Positions 1 to 10,602 are shown, numbered from the stretch's first letter. The stretch is 39,822 nucleotides of DNA from Octopus sinensis (GCF_006345805.1 NW_021835867.1:1-39822), one strand, 5' to 3'. The notes: generated by a model from the letters alone, not told the origin. Program-made: numbers and translations.

Positions 1-153
1 CATTCCTACACATACACACTTATACACACACATACCCCTACACACACATACACCCTTGTACACAGGCATTCCTACACACTCACACATACACACTTGTACA
101 CACACTTGTACACACACTCACACACACACACGTACGCGTACACGCACACCCTA
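1..153. repeat. Degenerate (CA)n microsatellite
   Basis: CA-rich tract with interspersed cattcctacaca / cttgtacaca variants. Confidence 0.85.
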
Positions 154-369
154 CGCCCAGCCAGTCACCACGCATTCCGAACAGTGAATCAGCTCACTTA
201 ACAAGGTTAGTGTTTGCCTGGTTCACGTTGACAGCTGATTGATCGCTTAAAAATCGAGATAGTCTAATGGAATCGGTAACAGAGGAGGAGGGGCTGGAGG
301 AACTACACTGGCTCGAGAAATGGTTTTGGCATCGCGGCACCATATACACTACACACACATATACATAAC

Positions 370-410
<41 letters not shown>

Positions 411-435
411 ATATATATTATATATATATATATAT

Positions 436-1078
436 ATTGTCCTTTACTACCGATAGAATAAGTACTAGGCTTACAAAGAATAAGTCCTGGGGTCGATTTC
501 TTGACAAAAGGCGATGCTCCAGCATGGCCGCAGTCAAATAACTGAAACAAGTGAAAGAAATAAAAGAAAGATACGGCGAGCTTCTTTCAGTTTCCGTCTA
601 CCAAATCCACACGCAAGACTTTTGGTCGGCCCGAGCCTATCGTAGAGGACACTGCCTAAGGTTGGGACTGAACCCGGAACGTGTGGTTGGGAAGTGTGTG
701 TGTGTCTATTATATACACGCGCATGTGCATATGCACACACATACATGCAAACGTGCATATGTGTAGGGCTTGTTGGTTTCAGGCAAGCGAAGGTGTGTGG
801 TAAGGAGCTTGTTTCCCAACCACATGGTTCCGGGTTCAGTCCCACACCTTAGGCAAGTGTCCTCTACGATAGGCTCGGCCGACCAAAGTCTTGCGTGTGA
901 TTTGGTAGACGGAACTGAAAGAAGCAGTCGTATATATATGTATCTTTCTTTTATTTCTTTCACTTGTTTTAGTCATTTGACTGCGGCCATGCTGGGGCAT
1001 CGCCTTTAGTCAAGAAATCGACCCCAGGACTTATTCGTTGTAAGCCTAGTACTTATTCTATCGGTAGTAAAGGACAAT
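436..1078. repeat. Long inverted repeat (arms ~436-693 and ~813-1078) built from SINE-A fragments
   Basis: The left arm attgtcctttactaccgatagaataag...gtggttgggaa is the near-perfect reverse complement of ttcccaaccac...cttattctatcggtagtaaaggacaat. Each arm is a SINE-A 3' half joined to an oppositely oriented SINE-A 5' half. Confidence 0.9.
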
Positions 1079-1096
1079 TACCCAACAGGTTACATA

Positions 1097-1154
1097 GTGG
1101 GATCGAACACAGAGCCATGTGGTTGGGAAGCAAGCTTCTTACCACACAGCCACG
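1097..1154 (-). mobile_element. SINE-A tRNA-derived head fragment
   Basis: Reverse complement reads cgtggctgtgtggtaagaagcttgcttcccaaccacatggctctgtgttcgatcccac, with A-box (TGGCTGTGTGG) and B-box (GTTCGATCC). Confidence 0.8.
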
Positions 1155-1304
1155 ACATCTTCGAACAAAAGACCTGAAAAATAATTAAGTTAATTAAGTC
1201 TCTTATTGAGATTTTTTTCTAATTAGCTACTTTACTTCTTGCAAGATCAGTGACTGATGGTCGCTTGGTTTTCTGTATATTGAGAGCGGGAGCGAATTCC
1301 TGCT

Positions 1305-1355
1305 ATCACCACTGAAGAGGGGCTCAAATATCTCGAAACCGTTCGGTCTGGCGAT
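1305..1355 (+). ncRNA. Minimal type I hammerhead ribozyme, intact core
   Basis: ATCACCA-CTGAAGA-GGGG-CTCAAATA-TCTC-GAAA-CCG-TT-CGG-TC-TGGCGAT. Stem I pairs 6/7, CUGANGA and GAAA boxes are intact, stem II has 4 bp including 2 G.U, stem III is ACCG/CGGT, and the GUC triplet predicts cleavage after 1348. Confidence 0.75.
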
Positions 1356-1554
1356 CCTGTCGTCTGCTAGAAGATGGTGGGAGTTCCCTCCCCTGCTTGC
1401 AATATATACCGGATGCAGACTGCACCCGATAACTGAATGGTTGAGGCTCTGTCTGGGGTTGAACAGTCAGTAACGTCGAACAACCTTTTTGATGTGGCGT
1501 TAAACATTACTTTAGATATTATTCTGAGTAATAGAATTGTTGCTTTGTTGCTGT

Positions 1555-1950
1555 GTTTAGCCCTCGGTCAGCTGAGGTGTGGTAGATTTATGATCAATAT
1601 AATCAACAATAATCATCCCTTTTGTTGCATATTGGGGACTAATCGGTCACAGTCTCCCACCACCTTTTAAGATGTCGAGGGATGATTAGGGAGGAGTTTG
1701 GCTCTTGTTTCTAGCGACCACGTAGAGACGTCTTCATTGGAATCATTCTAGATTGTTGATTAAGACCGGGCCAGTAATAATTGAACAGACATATAATCAA
1801 AAATGTCCCATCGTGACCATTCCGCCTTTATGTAAAACACGCTGTTATGTCCGACGGTATTTCTTAATACGTGACTTCATCTTGCAGACGATAAGATGGG
1901 CACTAGCTGTTATTTCTAACCTGCTGAGATGACCACGTAGAAGCTTCGTC
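1555..1950 (+). repeat. Two decayed tandem copies of an old interspersed repeat
   Basis: Repeated tail tttcta...gaccacgtaga at ~1708-1726 and ~1913-1941, with similar upstream blocks tatgatcaa / tataatcaa. Confidence 0.5.
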
Positions 1951-2091
1951 ATTATTCGTGTTGTCGTTGCTGTTGCTGTTATTTTGTTAGGAAAAGAAGA
2001 GGGAAGACTTTTGCACAATTAGAAACCGTGTTAATTAATTTTGTGTTCCACTGGTTTTTGATAATGTGAACATCGGACGACGGAATTGCAA

Positions 2092-2292
2092 TGTCGTCGT
2101 CATCATCACCATCGTCATCGTCATCATCATCATCATCATCGTCATCATCATCATTGTCATCGTCGTCATCATCATCATCATCATCACCATCGTCATCATC
2201 ATCATCATCATCATCACCATCGTCATCGTCATCATCATCATCACCATCGTCATCATCATCGATATCATAGTCATCATCATCATCATCGTCAT
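2092..2292. repeat. (CAT)n/(CGT)n trinucleotide microsatellite
   Basis: Directly visible. Explains the poly-His, poly-Ile and poly-Met ORFs. Confidence 0.95.
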
Positions 2293-2370
2293 CCGTAACT
2301 TAGTGCTTACGGTCACAGACACAAGAATGGTAAACGGGAGTTATCGAAAGACATGCAGAGATTGTCAGAC

Positions 2371-2645
2371 AAGAGAGAAAGAGAGAGAGGGGGAGAGGGA
2401 GAAGGAGAAAGAGTGAGAGGGGGAGAGGCAGGGAGGGAGGGAGAGAGAAAGAGAGAGAGGGAGAAAGAGAGAGAGGGAGAAAGAGAGAGAAGGACAAAGA
2501 GAGAGAGATAAAATCCCAGAAAATAGACAGACGTACAAACCTATGGACGGGCAAAGGGAGAACAGGTAAATAGGGGACAAATAGATAGAAAGATAGGTAG
2601 ATAAAGAGAGAGAGAGAGAGAGAGGAAGAGAGAGAGGGGGAGAGG
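2371..2645. repeat. GA-rich low-complexity tract
   Basis: (GA)n / (GGGA)n / (GATA)n mosaic. Confidence 0.9.
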
Positions 2646-2996
2646 TGTGAGTAGATTGTCACCAGGTGTAAATAACGTAACAGGTAATGGCGTGGTGGTG
2701 GTTGGGTGGAAAGGGTAGGCGTCAGGTATTTCACCTCACCGTGAATAATAACTAGCCTTGTTGCTATGGAAACAAAGAGCGGAAAGGTGTTGCTGCTACA
2801 AGGGATGTTGGCGGTGATGGCGATGGTTGTGGTGATAGTGGTGGCGGCGGTGGTGGTGGCGGTGGTGGCGGTGGTGATGATTGTGGGGCAATCCTTCGGT
2901 ATTGGTACACGTGATCATTCACCCTCGCAACTTTCCTCTATGTCACCGTCACCTCATACCGACTCTCTGTAGACCAATACCGAAGGATCTCCTTTT

Positions 2997-3225
2997 TTTA
3001 GTGGTTATGGTGATGTTTTTAGTGGTTATGGCGATGTTTTTAGTGGTTATCATGACGGTGGTGGTGGTGGTGGTGGTGGTGGTAGTGGTAGTGGTGGTAG
3101 TGGTAGTGGTAGTGGTGGTGGTGGTGGTGGTAGTGGTGGTGGTGGTGGTGGTGGTGGTGGTGGTGGTGATGGTGGTGAGGTGGTGGTGATGGTGGTAGTG
3201 GTGATGGTGGTGGTGGTGGTGGTGT
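2997..3225. repeat. 21-bp tandem repeat (ttttagtggttatggYgatgt, ~2.6 copies) followed by (GGT)n
   Basis: Directly visible. Confidence 0.9.
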
Positions 3226-3445
3226 GATGTGTTTCTTTGATAGAAGCCAGTAATCGATCAGTGTCTTGTAAGATGTATGAGGTGTACATTCTCTACCGCG
3301 ATTAAGTCAGTACCTGGGTACCTGACAGCTCCCACCCTACAATACTTGCAGTATACGGAAAAAAAGGGGATGGAAGAGGGTAGGGTGGAGGAAGGAAATC
3401 GACTGCAGATAAGGAATGGAAAGGCGAATATCACAAGAAAATATC

Positions 3446-3698
3446 ACACACACACACACACACGTACATATACACATTATTATATACATACTTACACATA
3501 TATACAGATTTATACATATATGTGTGTGTGCATATATATAAATATATAGATATATATATACACGTATGCATTTATATATACGTATATACACATACATATC
3601 AACGCGCACACACACACACACACACACTCTCTCTCTCATACACACATACATATATTCATGTATGTTTGCATATATATATATATATGTATGTATGTATG

Positions 3699-3731
<33 letters not shown>

Positions 3732-3735
3732 ATAA
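3446..3735. repeat. Compound (CA)n/(TA)n/(TG)n microsatellite
   Basis: Directly visible. Confidence 0.9.
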
Positions 3736-3839
3736 TTCATATAGGTGATGATGTGCTGAATAATGACGTAAAAATATTCAGTAATATGGAATGTGTCCTT
3801 TTATTTAAGGAGAGAGGAAAAAAGACCTGGCGGCATTTG

Positions 3840-4077
3840 TTTGCAACACACAAAATAAAGGGAGATAATCTCAAGACATTTAGACCTAAGTTCGTTGATG
3901 ATAACAAATTGTTATTCTTAGAGGAAAAATCGTATGTTTGGTCACGAGGCCAAACATCCCCGAAAGTTTCCTCCGAATCCATTCGGCGGTTCTTGAGATA
4001 TCTTGTCCATGGACAAACAAACAAACAAACATGACTGGAAACAATATCTCTGCCTCCGCTAAGGCAGAGGTAATAAT
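3840..4077 (-). mobile_element. DINE-1/Helentron-like non-autonomous element (partial)
   Basis: Minus strand starts ttattacCTCTGCCttagcggaGGCAGAG (5' hairpin), then a (GTTT)n microsatellite, then gatatctcaagaacc...gaaactttc. This hairpin + tetranucleotide + core layout matches DINE-1/HINE elements. The 3' boundary is uncertain. Confidence 0.55.
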
Positions 4078-4494
4078 ACAACATTCAAGCAAAGTATAAT
4101 TACAAGAAAGACAACCACAGTGATACGAGGGATTTTGCTCGTGTAGAAACGGTGCTTCATTCCCTTTCGGATTAGTTGTGCAATGACAAGGCAGGTATTT
4201 ATTGGGCTATGGTTGTCCCCTTAAAGCAAGACAAGGTAAACGAGAGAAAACAGGTGAAATAATAATGGCGGACGGTATACTCAAATATCATAATTTCATT
4301 ATTCATAGATCTTTTTAGAAGATAAAGATAAATATCGGTAGAATATTCGAGAATATCTGGAAATGGGGAGAAAATGGAAATGAATTCGTCATCCGCTTGT
4401 AAGAGCTTGAACGATGCTATTCGTATAAGAAGGGCACAAGAACCTACAACTTGTGCAATTCTGTAAAGAATTTCCTTGTAACGTATCGCTACAA

Positions 4495-4713
4495 CAGTGG
4501 TTTTCAACCAGGGTTCCGCGGAACCTTAGGGTTCCGCCAGTACAGTGCAGGGGTTCCGCAAGAAGTTACAAAACTGCTAAAATCGGCAGTAATTTTTAAT
4601 TCTCCTGTGCAGATATGTGTGCATAAGACTATTAAATTATTGCACAGGGGTTACTCGAGCCAGTGGAATGTTTCCTTGGGATTCCGCTCCAGCAAAAAGT
4701 TTGAAAAGCACTG
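4495..4713 (+). mobile_element. hAT (Charlie-like) MITE, copy 1
   Basis: TIRs CAGTGGTTTTCAAC / TTTGAAAAGCACTG and 8-bp TSD cgctacaa / ctctacaa (7/8). Homologous to 37333-37533. Confidence 0.9.
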
Positions 4714-5322
4714 CTCTACAAAAATGACTTTTTAAACGTAAGATCCGAGATTTTCAACAGATGCAAACAAGACTGGAAGCGATCTTTCAGCATCCTAAAA
4801 ATTATGAAACTACGAGAAGAAAAGCAGCTACCTTAGTGAATTTCATAATGAACACATCAAGAAATTCATTGAAATACAACATGAAGACAGAATTTATTAT
4901 TGACAAAATTTCAGAATTAGCAAAACTAAAATATTTATTCTAGGAAAGTGAAGCGACTCCATAGGAGCAAACTGCACTCTAGTCGTCTGCACAGCCGGAA
5001 GTTGACATTACTATGTTGTAGTAGTACATGGAGAGGATTTATATTCCTCTGATTATTGAGATAAACAAAGTGTTTTTGCTGTAGATAGGAAAGATTAAGT
5101 CACGGAAGAATAAGTTTCAAACAAATACTGTAACTTAATTGCATTCTGCTGCTTCTTGTCGTATGCACTCTTAGTTTGTTTATGATAACACTTGCGGTAC
5201 TCGACACACGCAGATATTCACATGTATGAATGTATACGTGTATACGCTTCTGTATATTGATATATTTGTGTGAATGTTGTAGCTGTGTGTCTGAGGAAAA
5301 GAATTGGTGTGCATGCATAAGT

Positions 5323-5363
5323 TTGTGTGTGTGTTGTGTGCGTGTGTGTGTGTGTGTAAATGA

Positions 5364-5395
<32 letters not shown>

Positions 5396-5418
5396 GAGTG
5401 TGTGTGTGTGTGTGTGTA

Positions 5419-5451
<33 letters not shown>

Positions 5452-5569
5452 GAGTGTGTGTGTACGACTGTATATTTATTTGTGTAAATGTTGACGTGTT
5501 TGTTCAGAAAAGGAATTTGTATGTGTGGATGCCTAAATAATAGCTTGTGTGTGTTTGTGTGTGTGTGTG

Positions 5570-5621
<52 letters not shown>

Positions 5622-5640
5622 CTGTGTGTGTGTGTGTGTT
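5323..5640. repeat. (TG)n tracts, the first punctuated by a repeated taaatgag unit
   Basis: Directly visible. A higher-order unit recurs at 5357, 5391, 5417 and 5447. Confidence 0.9.
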
Positions 5641-5783
5641 AATGTACGAACGAAAGATTCCTTCGGTGAGATAAATTCTATAACGAGCTACTGTCACGTG
5701 ACAAGACCTGTTGCCATTAGTCATGGCAGCCAGCGATAACTATATACGGCTGCTCTATCTATGATGCATACACCCGCCCATTA

Positions 5784-5821
5784 ACATACACACACACACA
5801 TATATATATAATAATATATTA

Positions 5822-5867
<46 letters not shown>

Positions 5868-6109
5868 TTTATATATATATATATATATATAAATAATATA
5901 TATATATATAATATAATATGTATGTATGTATGTTTATGTACACATATATTTGGGTATATGCTGTTGCAGTTAATTATTTGACAATACTGGTCCATATTTA
6001 AAAGCTATTTAACTGCATGTGCATACAGGAGGTTGTCGTGTACACAACTATTTTCCATATACACTTTCACACACCAGTACGTATGTATATACGCATGTCT
6101 ATATGTATA

Positions 6110-6160
<51 letters not shown>

Positions 6161-6448
6161 TATATATATATAATATATATATATGTACAGATGGTATGAA
6201 GTGTGAAGTATCATTAACTGTCTCTTCATACGCACGATACAGACGCATATATATATACACACATACACACATATATATATATATATGCTTATATGATATG
6301 TATGAACGTATGTTTATACCCTACTATTAAATATGCACACTGCATGCTTTCTGCGTATATTCTAAGGTTCATAAATAATGTATATTGCTTTTATACACTT
6401 ATTTATATCTATTTATACATATTGCACTCATATATACACATGCGCAGC

Positions 6449-6482
<34 letters not shown>

Positions 6483-6677
6483 TAAACATACATTCACACG
6501 CTTCGCATAGACACATACGTATACAATGTAAGATACACACACGGCCGTGTATGCAATTAAGCGAATGAAAATACTTAATACAATAGAGTACTGGTGGTGG
6601 TGGCGGCGACGGAGGTCTTACGTTACATACGTATAAATGCATACATACATACATACATACATACATACATACATACA

Positions 6678-6708
<31 letters not shown>

Positions 6709-6834
6709 GTCTGTACATGTATACAAATTTATATACATGCACGCTATATGCATGCATAAATTCTTCATACACAAACGTACATACTTAGGTGATGACATAC
6801 ATACTTGCATATATACATACGTATATATATATAC

Positions 6835-6874
<40 letters not shown>

Positions 6875-7199
6875 GCACATGCATACACACTTTAATGTAC
6901 ATACTAAGTAGATGCATGAATACATACATATAATCATATATTAGTGCGTGAATATATACAAACTTATATACACACGCACATACGTGTGTACATATATACA
7001 TGCATTCATACATATATACATGTACATACATGTATGCAAGCATAGATATTATACAACATACATTTATATACATTACATATATACATATCTATCTATATAT
7101 ACATATCTATCTATATATACATATTTACACACATAAACACATGTATATAAATACATATATAGATATTCATACATATATATACATATATATGAACATATA

Positions 7200-7242
<43 letters not shown>

Positions 7243-7510
7243 CATACATACATACATACATACATGCATACATACATACATACATGCATACATACATACA
7301 TGCACACATACATACATGCATACATGCATACATACATACATGCATACATACATACATACATATATACATACATACATTACTCCGAAACACTATATATACC
7401 ACTAACTGCTCGTATTTTATATTGACAGAGTTCATTAAATTCTACTCACTTACACATACACACGCAACATATATACACACACACACATGCGCACACACCT
7501 TCACTAACAC
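5784..7510. repeat. Large compound (TA)n/(CATA)n/(CA)n low-complexity region
   Basis: Directly visible, with short unique interruptions. Confidence 0.9.
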
Positions 7511-7939
7511 ACAGGTGCTATATAATCGATACGCTGATATTCTATAGCCTCAACGTCAATATACACGCTGGAATCTGTACGGTTTCTCAATCTGGTCAGG
7601 TCGTGATGGCGATCAGTTTTTAGGTTTCATTTAATACACCTTAATGAGATCCTTGCAACGGCCCCCTCGCCCCGATGCCAACCCCCAACACATACAACCG
7701 TCACCAGCACCCCTTCCCGCCGCCATTTTCTCACAGCGTAACACTTAGAAAGCCACCTGACTCCCGCAGTGGCTCACTCATTGTCTACTCCCACCACACC
7801 TCTAATAGCTAGACTCCTCCTACCACCTCACTGACAACCACCATCCCTCCACTACTTTCACTTTCAACTCCACCCGCCACCCTATTTACGTAACTTGGTT
7901 ACCATAGCGCTGAGGGAGATCTGGGTTCATATAACACCA

Positions 7940-8411
7940 TTGGCCGTTGTAGTTGTTGTTGTTGTTGGTAGTGGTGGTGGTGGTGGTGGTGATAGTAGCT
8001 TTGATGGTGAAGGTGATAGTGTTGATGGTGGTGATAATAGTGGTGGTGGTATAGCTACCATTGCCGTCCCTGATAATGCTTGGAATAGTAATAGTGGTGA
8101 TGGTGGTGTTGGTGGTAGTTGGTGGTAGTTGGTATGTGTTGTAGTGGCGGTGGTTGTTAATGGAGTCGTATTGATGGTTAGGGTTATGGTTGTTGCAGTG
8201 GTGCTTCTGGTATGAGTCGTAGTTTCGTTGGTAATTGTAGTGTGTGTCGTAGTAGCGATGACAGGGGTGGTTGCAGTGATGGTGGTGGAAGTGATGGTAG
8301 TGGTTGGAGGTGGAGGTGGTAGGGGAATTTGGGGTGACGATGGTGGTGGCGGCGGTTGTAGTCAGAAATAAAATAAAACAAAAACAAAGTGGAAGGGATC
8401 GAATGTCTATC

Positions 8412-8444
<33 letters not shown>

Positions 8445-8530
8445 AAGAGATAGAGAGAGAGAAAGCGAGAGAGAAAGAGAGAGAGAGAGAAAACGAGAGA
8501 CAAAGAGAGAGAGAGGGAGAGAGAGAGATC
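7940..8530. repeat. Degenerate GGT/GAT trinucleotide region followed by (GA)n
   Basis: Directly visible. Confidence 0.85.
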
Positions 8531-8721
8531 CATCCGTGACCACAAGGACGAAGAACACTGACAGAATACTTCCGGGTAGAAAAGACGAGATATGAGGTCG
8601 GGGCCATGGGTGGGTAGGCCTATGAGAAAATTCAAGAGATGAGAAATTGATTGAGGACACACAAAAAAAAAAGGTTCAAGAGAGGTAATACGGGTAGAAG
8701 ATAAGGGTGAATATATTAGAT

Positions 8722-9255
8722 CAGTGACTCACAACCGGGGTCCACATGACCACTGGGGGTCCACATAAAATTCCATTGTTAAAATTTATCTGCAATTAAT
8801 TGCTCCTGGTACTCCGTTGGTTACGACGACGAGGGTTCCAGTTGATCCGATCAACGGAACAGCCCGCTCGTGAAATTAACGTGCAAGTGGCTGAGTACTC
8901 CGCAGACATATGTAGCCTTAACGTAGTTCTCGGGGATATTCAGCGTGACACAGAGAGTGACAAGGCCGGACCCTTGAAATACAGGTACAACAGAAACAGG
9001 AAGAAAGTGTGAGAGAAAGTTGTGGTGAAAGAACACAGCAGGGTTCGCCACCAGCCCCTGCCGGAGCCTCGTGGAGCTTTGGGTGTCTTTGCTCAATAAA
9101 CACTCACAACATCTAGTCTGGGAATGGAAACCGCGACCCTATGACCGAGAGTCAAGTGCCCTAACCACTGGGCCATTACGCCTCCACAATCAATTGCTTA
9201 TATTTCTACAATACACAAATAAAACTTTCACAATTATTTTTTATTCACAATTCCT
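8722..9255 (+). mobile_element. hAT-type MITE left part, interrupted by a SINE-B insertion
   Basis: Starts CAGTGACTCACAACCggggtccac, similar to the other CAGTG MITE ends. The AT-rich body appears to resume after the SINE TSD at 9199. No right TIR found. Confidence 0.5.
8805..9186 (-). mobile_element. SINE-B full-length copy (tRNA-derived head, tail type T1)
   Basis: Head tggaggcgtaatggcccagtggttagggcac...ggtttccattccc; tail ...cacttgcacgttaatttcacg...cgtcgtaacc. Flanked by 12-bp TSD caattaattgct (8793-8804) / caatcaattgct (9187-9198). Confidence 0.9.
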
Positions 9256-9283
9256 AATAATCCTCTCTACTGGAAGCACAAGG

Positions 9284-9421
9284 TTTCCGCCGAGGTCGAC
9301 CTTGCCTTTCATTCTTTCGGGGTCGATAAATTAAGTACCAGTTGTGTACTGGGGTCGATCTAATCGACTGGCTTCCTCTCCCGAAATTTCGGGCCTTGTG
9401 CCTAGAGTAGGAAAGATTATT
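9284..9421 (+). mobile_element. SINE-C 5'-truncated copy
   Basis: ccgaggtcgaccttgcctttcattctttcggggtcgataaattaagtaccag core plus ccttgtgcctagagtag tail, shared with 17470-17615. Confidence 0.85.
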
Positions 9422-9629
9422 ATTATTAGTAGTAGTTAGTAGTTGTGGTCAGCAACAGCAACAGTAGCAGTAGTAGTTGTAAAAATATGTCCATGATCTC
9501 TTCACCACTTATTATTCTAGAGTATTGCCCACTCAGTTCTACCCAAAAACAACAACAACAAAAAAGACGAAGACGGGTGTGTAGACAACAAACAGATGTA
9601 TTAGTTTAACGCTCGGGAGGTGAGAAAGT

Positions 9630-9665
9630 CTTTTACGTTTCGAGCCTACGCTCTTCAACAGAAAG
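9630..9665 (-). ncRNA. Minimal hammerhead-like motif (variant core) in a Penelope-like repeat fragment
   Basis: Minus strand: CTTT-CTGTTGA-A-GAGC-GTAG-GCTC-GAAA-CG-TA-AAAG. Stem I CTTT/AAAG, stem II GAGC/GCTC, palindromic ACGT stem III. Core has A6>U. Confidence 0.55.
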
Positions 9666-9790
9666 GAACACAAAAATAAACAGGGAGAGAAAATAATAAT
9701 AGGTTTAGTGGCTAGCGATCTATCATGGCGAAAAATGTATATATATATATATATATATAAAATAATATGTTACAATTACTCAATAGTCAA

Positions 9791-9851
9791 GCTAAAACTC
9801 TGAGTTTCAGATGCCGAAGTGGAAATCCACAACACCATCTCTTCAGTTATC
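9791..9851 (-). ncRNA. Hammerhead-like motif with extended stem II, enclosed by a 19-bp perfect inverted repeat
   Basis: Minus strand: GATAA-CTGAAGA-GATGGTGTT-GTGGA-TT-TCCAC-TTCGGCATCT-GAAA-CTC-A-GAG-TT-TTAGC. IR aatatgttacaattactca at 9764-9782 / 9852-9870. Confidence 0.55.
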
Positions 9852-9941
9852 TGAGTAATTGTAACATATTTTATAGATAAATTTCCTCTATTTACATAAT
9901 ATTGAGGTCTCTTTCTTTCTTTTGTTATCTTACCGTTTTTA

Positions 9942-9999
<58 letters not shown>

Positions 10000-10002
10000 A
10001 TT

Positions 10003-10602
10003 ACAAATCTGTTACCAGTTCAGTTATGCTTGAGGCATATTCGAACTCATGATGAAGCTGTTCGCTTTATTTCGTCATGGAACAAGTTTCTTGCTGCAGA
10101 CAAATAAGTGCAAACACACCGAGCCAATTCTCAACTTTCACAAACAAGACTGTTGGCTGCCTCCATTTCGGAGTAGTTATTACCTCTCCAGCACCAGACA
10201 CCGGAAAGGCATACATACATACTATCACTGGCTGCTCAAATCGGCGCCTCGCTGAAAATACGGGACGAAAACGCGAAGCAGTGATGTGTCGTGTATTTTA
10301 ATTACGCCGAGCCACCGAATGGCGCAATCAATCACTGTACGATGACGGGTATATAATAAAAGGGACTTGTTTCTCATGTCAGTTCGCAACGTCTGCCGTT
10401 GGGGTTTCTGGTGCTGAGGAGGAGATAACTACTCCGAAATGCATGCGCCCACAACTTTTGTTTGGGAAAGCTGCGAAATGACTCAGTCTGTTTACAACTG
10501 TCTCTCTACAGAGCAAGAAATTATCTCCATCACAAAATTCAGTGAATCACTTCCTCACGGGTTCGAATATACTTAAAGCATACTTGAACTGGCGACATTT
10601 GT
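10003..10602. mobile_element. Diverged foldback element with ~200-bp inverted arms, each carrying a hammerhead-like motif
   Basis: Arms ~10003-10202 and ~10403-10602 align in reverse complement through the blocks ccagttca, atattcgaac, tttcttgct, catttcggagtagttat and cagcaccaga. Confidence 0.75.
10410..10449 (+). ncRNA. Minimal hammerhead-like motif (cleavage triplet AUG, probably inactive)
   Basis: GGTG-CTGAGGA-GGAG-ATAACTA-CTCC-GAAA-TGCA-TG-CGCC. Boxes intact, stem II 4 bp perfect, palindromic ATGCAT stem III, but position 17 is G. Confidence 0.55.

Noticed and set aside
194-345. Serine-rich ORF end with a possible minus-strand donor (aa|gtgagc)
   Set aside because: No acceptor or recognisable peptide; the upstream part is microsatellite.
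2035-2416. Poly-His, poly-Met and poly-Ile ORFs
   Set aside because: Translations of a (CAT)n microsatellite open in several frames; no splice or domain support.
6005-7547. Many overlapping YI/CV/HT/MYVC-rich ORFs, here and throughout the window
   Set aside because: Artefacts of dinucleotide and tetranucleotide repeats that lack stop codons.
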